A program made the translations under genes and the position numbers. Positions 9,969-17,899 of a stretch of DNA of 48,688 nucleotides are shown here, one piece after another. This stretch comes from Chloroflexota bacterium (lineage in GTDB: Bacteria > Chloroflexota > Anaerolineae > Anaerolineales > UBA4823), in NCBI GenBank assembly GCA_037444705.1, contig JBBILY010000004.1, positions 1-48,688 on the forward strand, written 5' to 3'. The notes beneath the pieces were generated by a model, which had not been told where the DNA came from, did not search any database, and was given only the letters and a program-made list of their open reading frames with translations. Every line of letters starts with the position of its first letter. Positions within the stretch are counted from its first letter, which is position 1.

Positions 9969-10125
9969 CCCCCATATATAGGGGTGATAGATAAAGGGAA
10001 TGAGGGGTGCAAATTTAAGATTTTCCCCATAATGAGGCAGTTATCCACAGTTTTCCATGAGTTTTCCACAATTTAAGCGAATTTCGCCCTCTATGCACCA
10101 GAGTATGTGTTTCTATATATGGGGG
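9969..10125. repeat. 13-bp perfect inverted repeat pair flanking the DnaA-box cluster
   Basis: CCCCCATATATAG at 9969-9981 and its exact reverse complement CTATATATGGGGG at 10113-10125. Confidence 0.9.
10021..10070 (+). other. Cluster of co-oriented DnaA-box-like 9-mers
   Basis: TTATCCACA at 10041-10049 is a perfect match to the DnaA-box consensus. TTTTCCACA at 10062-10070 has 1 mismatch, TTTTCCCCA at 10021-10029 has 2, and TTTTCCATG at 10051-10059 has 3. Opposite-orientation TGTGGAAAG (9783), TGTGGAGGG (9799) and TGTGGGATG (9851) lie upstream. Confidence 0.45.
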
Positions 10126-10141
10126 ATATTAAAACAATGAT

Positions 10142-11428
10142 CTAATCTCCGACAAGCGCCTGTGCACGGACTTGGCGGCTCTCTCGCCAGAAGAATGCCC
10201 AATACAGGGTAATTGAAAGGCTATACAGGATGATCGTGCCCAGGAAAGGCGGAGCAAAACCATAGCGTACCTGCAACCAGCCGCTAATTGTAGGGCTGAA
10301 AGCCCAACCAAAGTTCCAGGCCATGCTCACCAGGCTGGCCACAGTGGCGCGGGCCGAGGCTTCAACATGCTCCATGACAAAGGTTTCGTACACTGGCCCG
10401 CCCATATTCATCAACGCCAGGCGCACATAGAAAGCCATGGCGCTCAACCAAAACGACGGAGCAAAGCCCAACAAAACCAGGAATGGGATGGAGAGGCCTT
10501 GGGTAACCACAACAAACTGAATCTTACCCAGGCGATCTGCCAGTGGCGGGGCTAACATCAAGCCAATCCCCATGGCTAGAGAACCCCAGGCAAAGAGTAT
10601 CCCGATCACCGCATCCGATTGATGATGCACAACGCGGAAGAAGACGTTCATAAAGGGCATAATCAGACCCGCCCCAATGGAGGTGAGCAGCATGGGTAGC
10701 ACCAACTTACCCAAAAGGATGGGTTGCTGGGCTGCAAAGGCTAACGGCGAGAACAGAGATCGCTCCGATCTGTGCAGGCGTGGGAGGCGGATCAAGCCCA
10801 AGGGTAAAACGCCAATAAGGGCGACGCTGGCGACCACCAGCAAGGCGCCTCCATAAGCAACACTGCTAGTTGGAGAAGAGCCGCTCGCGCGGGCGATCCA
10901 GGTGGGTAAATAACCTCCAACCCAGTTGCCAATGGAGCCCACCGCGGTCTGGAGGCCAAAACTGAAACTGAAAAGATAAGTGCGCTCACCCTCGTTGCTG
11001 TTTTCCATCAGGAAGGGGGCCATGGTTACAGCCGCTAAAGCCTGAGCCAATCCAGACAGCACGTTCATCGTATAGAAAACCGAGCGCGTTGGCCAGAACA
11101 CCATGACCAGGACCGATAACGCGATCAAAACGGCTGAGATGAGCAACGCCAGTTTTCGTCCTAAAATATCCGCCAAATAGCCCATGGGAATGGCTGCGAC
11201 CAGCGCCGTGAGGCTGCTAAGGGTGATCAAATTGCCGAGCAAGGCTTCGTCATAACCCAGGCTGAGCACATAGAAGTTAAACAAGAGGCGGAAGACCCCC
11301 ATGGCTGCGCCGCTGATGAACACATATAAAAGATAGAGGCGGGCATTCGGGCTGAAGGCGCGCAAATGCGAGAGGTACTCGCGCGTGAGCCGCGCTAACG
11401 CCGAATATCTAATCCTTTTGGAAGTCAT
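10142..11428 (-). CDS. MFS transporter
   Basis: A 428-aa polytopic membrane protein with about 12 hydrophobic segments. It has an MFS-type loop motif (GYLADILGRK) after TM2. It overlaps the upstream ArsR-type gene by 20 nt, suggesting an operon. Confidence 0.85.
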   Translation of the reverse strand: MTSKRIRYSALARLTREYLSHLRAFSPNARLYLLYVFISGAAMGVFRLLFNFYVLSLGYDEALLGNLITLSSLTALVAAIPMGYLADILGRKLALLISAVLIALSVLVMVFWPTRSVFYTMNVLSGLAQALAAVTMAPFLMENSNEGERTYLFSFSFGLQTAVGSIGNWVGGYLPTWIARASGSSPTSSVAYGGALLVVASVALIGVLPLGLIRLPRLHRSERSLFSPLAFAAQQPILLGKLVLPMLLTSIGAGLIMPFMNVFFRVVHHQSDAVIGILFAWGSLAMGIGLMLAPPLADRLGKIQFVVVTQGLSIPFLVLLGFAPSFWLSAMAFYVRLALMNMGGPVYETFVMEHVEASARATVASLVSMAWNFGWAFSPTISGWLQVRYGFAPPFLGTIILYSLSITLYWAFFWRESRQVRAQALVGD

Positions 11429-12515
11429 GGCTGCTCTTTAAAAACACTTGCAGGTGATCAAAGATAGTCTGGATAGCTTCCAGACGCGCCGTATAGCGCC
11501 GTTCTTCATCGGGCTCCAGGGTTAGATGCACAAGACCCGCCAGGCGCAGAGCGTTGAGATGATGAGTGACCGTGGGAGCCCGCAGGCGCAGCCGTCGCGC
11601 CAGTTGGGCGGGCGTCAAAGATTCTTGCGCCAGGTAGCGCAAAATGCGCAAGCGTGTCGGGTCTGCCAGGGCTTTAAGGGCGCGCAACATCGTATCCGGG
11701 ATGATCTCCCCTGGGATCAGGGAGACCTCGGTTGGCCGCACTCCGAACATAAAGAGCATCTGATCCGGGCTAATATGGGTGAAGAGCACCAGAGGTGTGC
11801 TCCAAAAAACCGGGACTAAAATCAACTCGGAGGTTTTGAGTGTGGTTTCGAAATGCACGCCCTGGGACAACTCTACCAGTAACTCAGCCGGGCTCAATTT
11901 TTTAGCCAATTCCTGAGCGCCTGTCAACCCGCTCTGAAGATAGGTAGACAGGCGTTTCTCCTCGTCGGCAAAGAAGACCTGATAATAGGACTGCAAGGCT
12001 GATAAGACCAATTCACCGAACGCCTCGGGCTGCGCCCACCAATTCAAAAAGCGGGGCAGAATTTTCTGGACCTGGGCACGTTTGTGCTCTTGCACAGCGC
12101 GCTTGAAATCTTCTACATCTTTTTCGTCCCAGCGGCGCTGATTAGCAACCCGTTTCAGTAACTGAGCTACCTCATCTTTTGTTTCGGGATTGATTACCAG
12201 AACCTGAGGGCGTTGCTCAGGCGGCAGGCGGCGTAAAGCCCACAGCGCGCTAAGGGCATCCTTGGGTGAGGTGAGGTTGTAAACCCAATGATATGGCCAG
12301 ATGAAAGGCTGCACTTCTTCTAAAAATTTGCGTTCAACGGGGGGTAAGCGGGAGCGCACCCCCGCCGCCCAGGAAGGGCGTAAGCCATAGGCTTCAGGTT
12401 CATGCAGCACCTCCAGGCTGATGAAAAAATCATAGGCAGTGCCCACATCCCACCTGATGTTGGGGGTGAACATAGCCTCATTAGAGGTGTGCTTTAAATC
12501 TTTTGACCTTTTCAT
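11409..12515 (-). CDS. ArsR-family wHTH transcriptional regulator with a long (about 270 aa) N-terminal domain
   Basis: C-terminal LKALADPTRLRILRYLAQESLTPAQLARRLRLRAPTVTHHLNALRLAGLV is a canonical ArsR/SmtB HTH. Start ATG 12515 follows AGGAGG by 5 nt and overlaps the upstream ORF stop (ATGA). Confidence 0.8.
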   Translation of the reverse strand: MKRSKDLKHTSNEAMFTPNIRWDVGTAYDFFISLEVLHEPEAYGLRPSWAAGVRSRLPPVERKFLEEVQPFIWPYHWVYNLTSPKDALSALWALRRLPPEQRPQVLVINPETKDEVAQLLKRVANQRRWDEKDVEDFKRAVQEHKRAQVQKILPRFLNWWAQPEAFGELVLSALQSYYQVFFADEEKRLSTYLQSGLTGAQELAKKLSPAELLVELSQGVHFETTLKTSELILVPVFWSTPLVLFTHISPDQMLFMFGVRPTEVSLIPGEIIPDTMLRALKALADPTRLRILRYLAQESLTPAQLARRLRLRAPTVTHHLNALRLAGLVHLTLEPDEERRYTARLEAIQTIFDHLQVFLKSSHDFQKD

Positions 12516-12721
12516 ACGCCCTCCTGCGCGCATTCATCCAGAGATGAGCCTGATTTCAGCCTGTTCCCCAGGGCGACCAGAAGATCGCCTAAAGCGAAAA
12601 GCAGGCGGTCTCGCCACCCAGGCGAGTGCCAATAGAGGTAACGTATGGCACGTTCGGTTTGCGCCATACGTATCAATTCCTGGTGATGTTCATGAGCATA
12701 GCGATAGTACCACTCGTTCAT
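12512..12721 (-). CDS. Small hypothetical protein (69 aa), first gene of the ArsR-MFS operon
   Basis: GGAGG lies 5 nt upstream of the ATG. There is an ATGA stop/start overlap with the ArsR-type gene. His/Tyr/Trp-rich N-terminus and a hydrophobic stretch LLFALGDLLVALG. No family recognised. Confidence 0.55.
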   Translation of the reverse strand: MNEWYYRYAHEHHQELIRMAQTERAIRYLYWHSPGWRDRLLFALGDLLVALGNRLKSGSSLDECAQEGV

Positions 12722-12772
12722 ATCTGCCTCCTTAGAAACCCAGATATATGCCTAAGAAAGACGCTGCTCTAA

Positions 12773-12790
12773 TTTAGATAATTATCTAAA
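12773..12790. promoter_or_regulatory. Perfect 18-bp palindrome; candidate operator
   Basis: TTTAGATAATTATCTAAA is its own reverse complement. It lies immediately downstream of the predicted -10 of the minus-strand operon. A further ATCTAAATA half-site sits at 12907-12915 upstream of the OsmC-like gene. Confidence 0.45.
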
Positions 12791-12793
12791 TAG

Positions 12794-12822
12794 ATAATAA
12801 CCTAAATCTGTTCCTGTGTCAA
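12794..12822 (-). promoter_or_regulatory. Sigma-70-type promoter for the small-ORF/ArsR/MFS operon
   Basis: On the minus strand: TTGACA (12822-12817), a 17-nt spacer, then TATTAT (12799-12794). Confidence 0.5.
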
Positions 12823-12956
12823 GAATGAATCGGGCGCAGATAGAGGCCTCTTGAGAGGCTGTGCATTGATAAGAACCACCTTTTGCAACCTTTCTCAAAG
12901 GGGTGCATCTAAATAATTGTGTTATTGAACACGATATCCTCTTGGAGGTCATCCGT

Positions 12957-13355
12957 ATGGAGATGATTATTGATTTTCCTGGCGGGGCGCGCGTTGATGC
13001 TCATTTTGGGCCCTTCACCGTCAAAACCGACCAGCCCCCTTCAGCCACTGCACCAACGCCTTTTGCCACCTTCCTGGCTTCGATTGGCACCTGCGCAGGC
13101 ATTTATGTGTTGGGTTTTTGTCAGCAACGTGGACTGCCGACCGAGGGCATTCGCATCATTCAGCGGGTTTACAGCGACCCAATGAGCGGCATGGTGGGTA
13201 AGATAGATTTGGAGATTCAGGTGCCGCCCACCTTCCCTGAGAAGTATCTGCCCTCGCTGGTGCGTGCCGCCGATCTGTGCGCAGTGAAGAAGCACATGGA
13301 GCGTCCACCCCAGTTTGAGATTTACACGCGCACGCTGGAAACGGCAGAGCAATAA
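12957..13355 (+). CDS. OsmC/Ohr-family peroxiredoxin-like protein
   Basis: Two conserved Cys contexts (ASIGTCAGIY and AADLCAVKKH) with the spacing typical of the OsmC fold. GGAGG lies 8 nt upstream of ATG 12957. The track ORF starts at 12903. Confidence 0.75.
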   Translation: MEMIIDFPGGARVDAHFGPFTVKTDQPPSATAPTPFATFLASIGTCAGIYVLGFCQQRGLPTEGIRIIQRVYSDPMSGMVGKIDLEIQVPPTFPEKYLPSLVRAADLCAVKKHMERPPQFEIYTRTLETAEQ

Positions 13356-13379
13356 CTGCCTTTTAGATGGCATGCACTG

Positions 13380-14639
13380 CTACGCCGGCCCAATGAAGGT
13401 GCCCGGATAGAGGATCGTGTCTTTAGGGATGACCACGATCCCATCTTGAACCACCCAGGTGCCGGCGTCTAATTCTGTGCCACGCGGGAAGGGTTGGATG
13501 ATCACACCCTCTCCCATGCGCACATTCTTATCAATAATAGCCCCTTCGACCTGGCAGTTCGGTCCGATGCCCAGAGGGATGCCAGCGCGCGGGGGCAAAT
13601 CAGGGTCGTCATAGTAATCCGCCCCCATCAGGATTGTGCGACTCATGCGCACCCCCGCCGCAATCTGACTGCGCAAACCAACGATGGAATCCTGGATCTC
13701 CGCTTGATGGATCTGGCAACCATCGGCGATAAGTACATTTTTCAAGGTAGCGCCATTGATCACCGAACCTGGCAGGTAACGTGGGCGAGTGTAGATGGGG
13801 CGCAGGGGGTCATAGAAGTTAAAAGGCGCATCGGGTTGGGTCAGGCTGAGATTGGTCTCATAGAAAGAGCGAATTGTCCCAATATCCACCCAATAGCCGT
13901 CAAAGTCGAAGCCATAAACGGTGTGGGTTTGGATCGCGCTGGGGATCACCTGCCCGCCAAAGTCTTCGGCGCTCGAACCCTCAAGCACCTGAATCAGCAC
14001 CTCAGTTTTGAAGAGGTAAATTCCCATTGAGCCCAGATAGGGGCGATCAGGATCATCACGGCTGACAAATTGGGCTAGAACCTGGGGATCTTTGGGTTTT
14101 TCCACAAAGGCTACGATGCGCCCATCGGAGTTGCGCTTCAAGAGGCCGAAGCGGCTGGCTTCCTGGGAAGGTACTGCCTGCACAGCGATGGTAATGTCCG
14201 CCTGAGATTCCTGATGAAAGGCGTACAATGCTCCATAATTCATCCGGTAGAGGTGATCGCCAGCCAGGATGAGCACGGTGTCGGCGCCGGTGACTTTAAT
14301 CTCGAACAACTGCTTGCGCACCGCGTCGGATGTGCCCTGGTACCAGTCCGTGCTCCGCGGCGTTTGTTCTGCGGCCAGGATTTGAACCCAACCGCGATGA
14401 AAGTCGTCGAAGGTGTAGGTCTGGGTGATGTGGCGATGCAGGGAGACGGAGTTAAACTGGGTTAACACGGCGATATGGTAAATGCCCGAGTTGATGCAAT
14501 TGCTGATGGGCACATCAATCAGGCGATATTTGCCGGCGATGGGGACGGCCGGCTTAGCCCGCAGTTTGGTCAGGGGATACAGGCGTTTGCCTGCCCCGCC
14601 GCCCAGGATCACCGCCAGAACGTTGTCTAAAGATGTCAT
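13380..14639 (-). CDS. glgC: Glucose-1-phosphate adenylyltransferase
   Basis: LAVILGGGAGKRLYPLTKLRAKPAVPIAGKYRLIDVPISNCINSGI, followed by a C-terminal left-handed beta-helix region. Confidence 0.93.
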   Translation of the reverse strand: MTSLDNVLAVILGGGAGKRLYPLTKLRAKPAVPIAGKYRLIDVPISNCINSGIYHIAVLTQFNSVSLHRHITQTYTFDDFHRGWVQILAAEQTPRSTDWYQGTSDAVRKQLFEIKVTGADTVLILAGDHLYRMNYGALYAFHQESQADITIAVQAVPSQEASRFGLLKRNSDGRIVAFVEKPKDPQVLAQFVSRDDPDRPYLGSMGIYLFKTEVLIQVLEGSSAEDFGGQVIPSAIQTHTVYGFDFDGYWVDIGTIRSFYETNLSLTQPDAPFNFYDPLRPIYTRPRYLPGSVINGATLKNVLIADGCQIHQAEIQDSIVGLRSQIAAGVRMSRTILMGADYYDDPDLPPRAGIPLGIGPNCQVEGAIIDKNVRMGEGVIIQPFPRGTELDAGTWVVQDGIVVIPKDTILYPGTFIGPA

Positions 14640-14677
14640 AGGTAACCTCTTTTACAGGGGATGCTGAAGACCACTGA

Positions 14678-14715
14678 AGAAAATAAAACGCACGAGTATC
14701 GTTCACCTCGTGCGT
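14678..14715 (-). terminator. Intrinsic terminator downstream of tRNA-Leu
   Basis: On the minus strand ACGCACGAG-gtgaacgata-CTCGTGCGT forms a 9-bp stem, followed by TTTTATTTTCTT. Confidence 0.75.
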
Positions 14716-14737
14716 CGCTTTGCCCATGCTATAATGC

Positions 14738-14822
14738 TGGTGCCGAAGGTGGGAATCGAACCCACACCCCCGAGGGGACACGATTTTGAGTCGTGCGCGT
14801 CTGCCAGTTCCGCCACTTCGGC
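14738..14822 (-). tRNA. tRNA-Leu (anticodon CAA), class II with long variable arm, CCA encoded
   Basis: Reverse complement: GCCGAAGTGGCGGAACTGGCAGACGCGCACGACTCAAAATCGTGTCCCCTCGGGGGTGTGGGTTCGATTCCCACCTTCGGCACCA. Acceptor stem GCCGAAG/CTTCGGC is 7 bp. Anticodon stem is CACGA/TCGTG with loop CTCAAAA. The T-arm contains GGTTCGATTCC. Confidence 0.93.
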
Positions 14823-14834
14823 CTGAGTGGTTTT

Positions 14835-14863
14835 AGTATAATCAAAAGTGGACACAGGGTCAA
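14835..14863 (-). promoter_or_regulatory. Sigma-70-type promoter for tRNA-Leu
   Basis: On the minus strand: TTGACC (14863-14858), a 17-nt spacer, then TATACT (14840-14835), 12 nt upstream of the mature tRNA 5' end. Confidence 0.55.
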
Positions 14864-14904
14864 GATTTTCACCACCAATTGAAAAGATGAAGGATTAAAG
14901 CCTC

Positions 14905-15975
14905 ATGCGCCTTGGGATTATCGGCTTACCTCAATCGGGAAAGACCACGATTTTCAATGCTCTTACGCGTGGCAATGTGCCCACTTCCGTCAGCGGAGGA
15001 CGCTTTGAGGTGCACACGGCAGTAGTGGATGTACCCGACGAACGGGTGGATCGCCTGGCAGCCATCTTTCGCCCTCAAAAGGTCATTTATGCTAAAGTGA
15101 CTTATGCCGACATCGCCGGCCTGGAGGGGAGCGCCAGCAAAGGCGGCATATCCGGGCCTTTACTCAATCAATTGACCCAGATGGACGGCTTTGTGCATGT
15201 GGTGCGTTGTTTTGAGGACCCCAGCATACCCCATCCCGCCGGCCGCGTTGACCCTGGCAGGGACATCGAGGCTATGGATGCTGAACTCTTGTTAAATGAT
15301 TTGATCGCTGTTGAGCGCAAATTAGAGCGTCTGGCCGAAGAGAAGCGCAAGGGTGGTGGGCGCGAGAAAGCCCTCATCGAGCGCGAGATAGCCCTCTTCG
15401 AGAAACTGCATCAAGTCCTTTCACAGGAAAAACCCCTGAGAGATCTCGAACTTTTGCCAGAGGAAGAAAAAACCTTGAGCGGGTTCGGTTTTCTCACCCG
15501 CAAACCGGTATTGATCATCCTGAACCTGGCTGATGGACAATCGCCGCCCTCGATCCATTATCCCCATCAACGCAGCGCTGTGGTGGCACTGCAAGGCCGC
15601 CTGGAAATGGAACTGGCCCAATTGTCACCCGAAGATGCCCAGGTTTTCATGGCTGAGTATGGTATCGAAGAATTGGGTCTGTCCAAAGTGATTCGTTTGT
15701 CCTATGATCTGCTGGGGCTGCAGTCCTTTTTCACTGTAGGCCCGGACGAAGTGCGCGCCTGGACCATCCATCGCGGCGACACGGCTCACACCGCGGCCGG
15801 GGTGATCCACACCGACCTGCAAAAAGGCTTTATCCGGGCCGAGATTATCGCATATCAAGACTTGATCGCTCTGGGAAGCCTGAGCGAAGCCCGTGCGCGG
15901 GGGAAACTGCGCCTGGAAGGCAAAGATTACATCTTGCAAGACGGGGAGATCATGCACGTGCGCTTTAACATTTGA
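14905..15975 (+). CDS. ychF: Ribosome-binding ATPase YchF (Obg-like)
   Basis: MRLGIIGLPQSGKTTIFNALT (G1 motif), DIAGL (G3 motif) and a C-terminal TGS-like domain (AAGVIHTDLQKGFIRAEII...GKDYILQDGEIMHVRFN). Confidence 0.93.
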   Translation: MRLGIIGLPQSGKTTIFNALTRGNVPTSVSGGRFEVHTAVVDVPDERVDRLAAIFRPQKVIYAKVTYADIAGLEGSASKGGISGPLLNQLTQMDGFVHVVRCFEDPSIPHPAGRVDPGRDIEAMDAELLLNDLIAVERKLERLAEEKRKGGGREKALIEREIALFEKLHQVLSQEKPLRDLELLPEEEKTLSGFGFLTRKPVLIILNLADGQSPPSIHYPHQRSAVVALQGRLEMELAQLSPEDAQVFMAEYGIEELGLSKVIRLSYDLLGLQSFFTVGPDEVRAWTIHRGDTAHTAAGVIHTDLQKGFIRAEIIAYQDLIALGSLSEARARGKLRLEGKDYILQDGEIMHVRFNI

Positions 15976-16035
15976 ACATCGGGTATAATAGCCCGAAAAT
16001 AATCCCATATAATTGACCTGATAAGGAAAAATAAC

Positions 16036-17823
16036 ATGGCCTTACCTTACACACAGACACGTTGGAGCCTTGCCGATCTCTATCCATCTTATGATAGCCC
16101 CGAACTGGAACGAACCTTTTCCGAGGTGGAAAAGAAAGTCGCCGAATTTGAGAGCCTGCGGCCTAAATTGTCACCCCAAATATCAGTGCCTGACTTTTTA
16201 GATTTTGTGCGGCGGCTGGAAGAAGTTCAAGACCTGGGAGCGCGTTTGTACGCCTTCGCTGGCTTGAGTTTCAGCGCCAATACTCAGGATCAGGCAGCGC
16301 AAACCCTGCTGGCGCGGGTAGATCAATTCCTGGCTAACATGCAAAATCGCACCCTCTTCTTCAACCTGTGGTGGAAAGGTTTGGACGATGACGTGGCAGA
16401 ACGCCTGATGGCTGAAGTCGGGGATTACCGCTACTGGCTGGAGGAGATGCGCCATTTCAAGCCTCATACCCTGAGTGAGCCTGAGGAGAAGATCATCAAC
16501 ATTAAAAATGTGACCGGCTTTAATGCCCTGACCAATCTGTATGATGCCATAACCAACCGTTATACCTTCAAGATCGAGGTGGAGGGCGAGGTCAAGGAAC
16601 TGACGCGAGGTGAGTTGATGGTCTATGTGCGCCATCATGATCCCCATTTACGCGAGGCGGCCTATAAAGAACTCTATCGCGTATACGGCGAAGAAGGTCC
16701 AATTTTAGGACAGATGTACCAGATATTGGTGCGAGATTGGCGCAATGAACAGGTGGACCTGCGCCATTTCAAGAGCCCCATCGCTGCTCGTAACCTGACC
16801 AACGACATCGCGGATGAAGTGGTGGACACCCTTTTAGATGTATGCCAGCGCAATGCTGGTCTGTTCCAGCGTTATTTTCGCCTGAAGGCGCGCTGGTTGG
16901 GGATGGAGCGCTTGCGCCGCTATGATATTTATGCCCCGGTGGCCAAATCGGAAAAGCGCTACGAGTTTTCCGAAGCGGCTGAGATCGTGCTCGATTCGTT
17001 CAATAAATTTGACCCCGCTCTATCCAGGCTGGCGGAACGCGTCTTGCGGGAGAACCACCTGGACAGCGAGGTGCGCAAAGGTAAACGGAGCGGGGCGTTT
17101 TGCTGGTCGGTAGTGCCCAAGATGACGCCCTATGTATTGCTTAATTATCAGGGGCGAGCGGACGATGTGGCCACCATGGCGCATGAATTAGGCCATGCCA
17201 TCCATACCATGCTGGCCTCCCACCATAGCGTGTTTACCTTCCACGCCTCGCTACCCCTGGCAGAGACGGCCTCCACTTTTGGGGAGATGATGCTGATTGA
17301 TCGTCTGCTGGCCGAGGAAGAGGATGAAAGCGTGCGCCGCGATCTGCTCTTTCGGCAAATGGACGATGCTTACGCCACTATCCAGCGCCAGGCGTTCTTC
17401 GCCCTATTTGAACGCCAGGCGCACGACATGGTCATCCAGAACGTCTCGGTGGATGACCTCGCGGCCGCCTATATGGAGAATCTCAAGGCGCAATTTGGCG
17501 ATGCGGTCGAGGTCAGCGATGAGTTTCGTTGGGAGTGGGTGTCTATCCCCCACATCTACCAGGTGCCATTTTACGTCTATGCCTACGCCTTTGGTCAATT
17601 ACTGGTGCTTTCGCTGTATCAACAATACAAGAATGAAGGTGATGCATTTAAGCCGCGTTATCTCAACATTCTGGCCGCGGGTGGCTCAGAAGCCCCAGCG
17701 CGCGTGTTGGCAAAGGCGGGCATTGACATCAAAGACCCTGAATTCTGGCAGGGAGGCTTTAACGTCATTGCCCATTTGCTGGAGCAACTTGAGGCGCTAC
17801 CGTTGCAGGTAGCCAGCCCTTAG
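16036..17823 (+). CDS. pepF: M3B-family oligoendopeptidase F-like metallopeptidase
   Basis: Zinc motif HELGHAIH with a downstream E (LAETAS). Length of 595 aa and overall layout are typical of PepF. Confidence 0.88.
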   Translation: MALPYTQTRWSLADLYPSYDSPELERTFSEVEKKVAEFESLRPKLSPQISVPDFLDFVRRLEEVQDLGARLYAFAGLSFSANTQDQAAQTLLARVDQFLANMQNRTLFFNLWWKGLDDDVAERLMAEVGDYRYWLEEMRHFKPHTLSEPEEKIINIKNVTGFNALTNLYDAITNRYTFKIEVEGEVKELTRGELMVYVRHHDPHLREAAYKELYRVYGEEGPILGQMYQILVRDWRNEQVDLRHFKSPIAARNLTNDIADEVVDTLLDVCQRNAGLFQRYFRLKARWLGMERLRRYDIYAPVAKSEKRYEFSEAAEIVLDSFNKFDPALSRLAERVLRENHLDSEVRKGKRSGAFCWSVVPKMTPYVLLNYQGRADDVATMAHELGHAIHTMLASHHSVFTFHASLPLAETASTFGEMMLIDRLLAEEEDESVRRDLLFRQMDDAYATIQRQAFFALFERQAHDMVIQNVSVDDLAAAYMENLKAQFGDAVEVSDEFRWEWVSIPHIYQVPFYVYAYAFGQLLVLSLYQQYKNEGDAFKPRYLNILAAGGSEAPARVLAKAGIDIKDPEFWQGGFNVIAHLLEQLEALPLQVASP

Positions 17824-17838
17824 CCGCCTGCCATACCG

Positions 17839-17872
17839 GCCTCCCGCCAGGAACTCAGCGGGAGGCTTTTTT
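17839..17872 (+). terminator. Intrinsic terminator after the pepF-like gene
   Basis: GCCTCCCGC-caggaactca-GCGGGAGGC forms a 9-bp stem followed by TTTTTT. Confidence 0.75.
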
Positions 17873-17899
17873 CGCATCTGCTCTGGGCAGGCTAAGGCC

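Noticed and set aside
14554-14781. A 75-aa minus-strand ORF.
   Set aside because: It runs through the tRNA-Leu gene, its terminator and into the glgC start region. It is explained by the tRNA.
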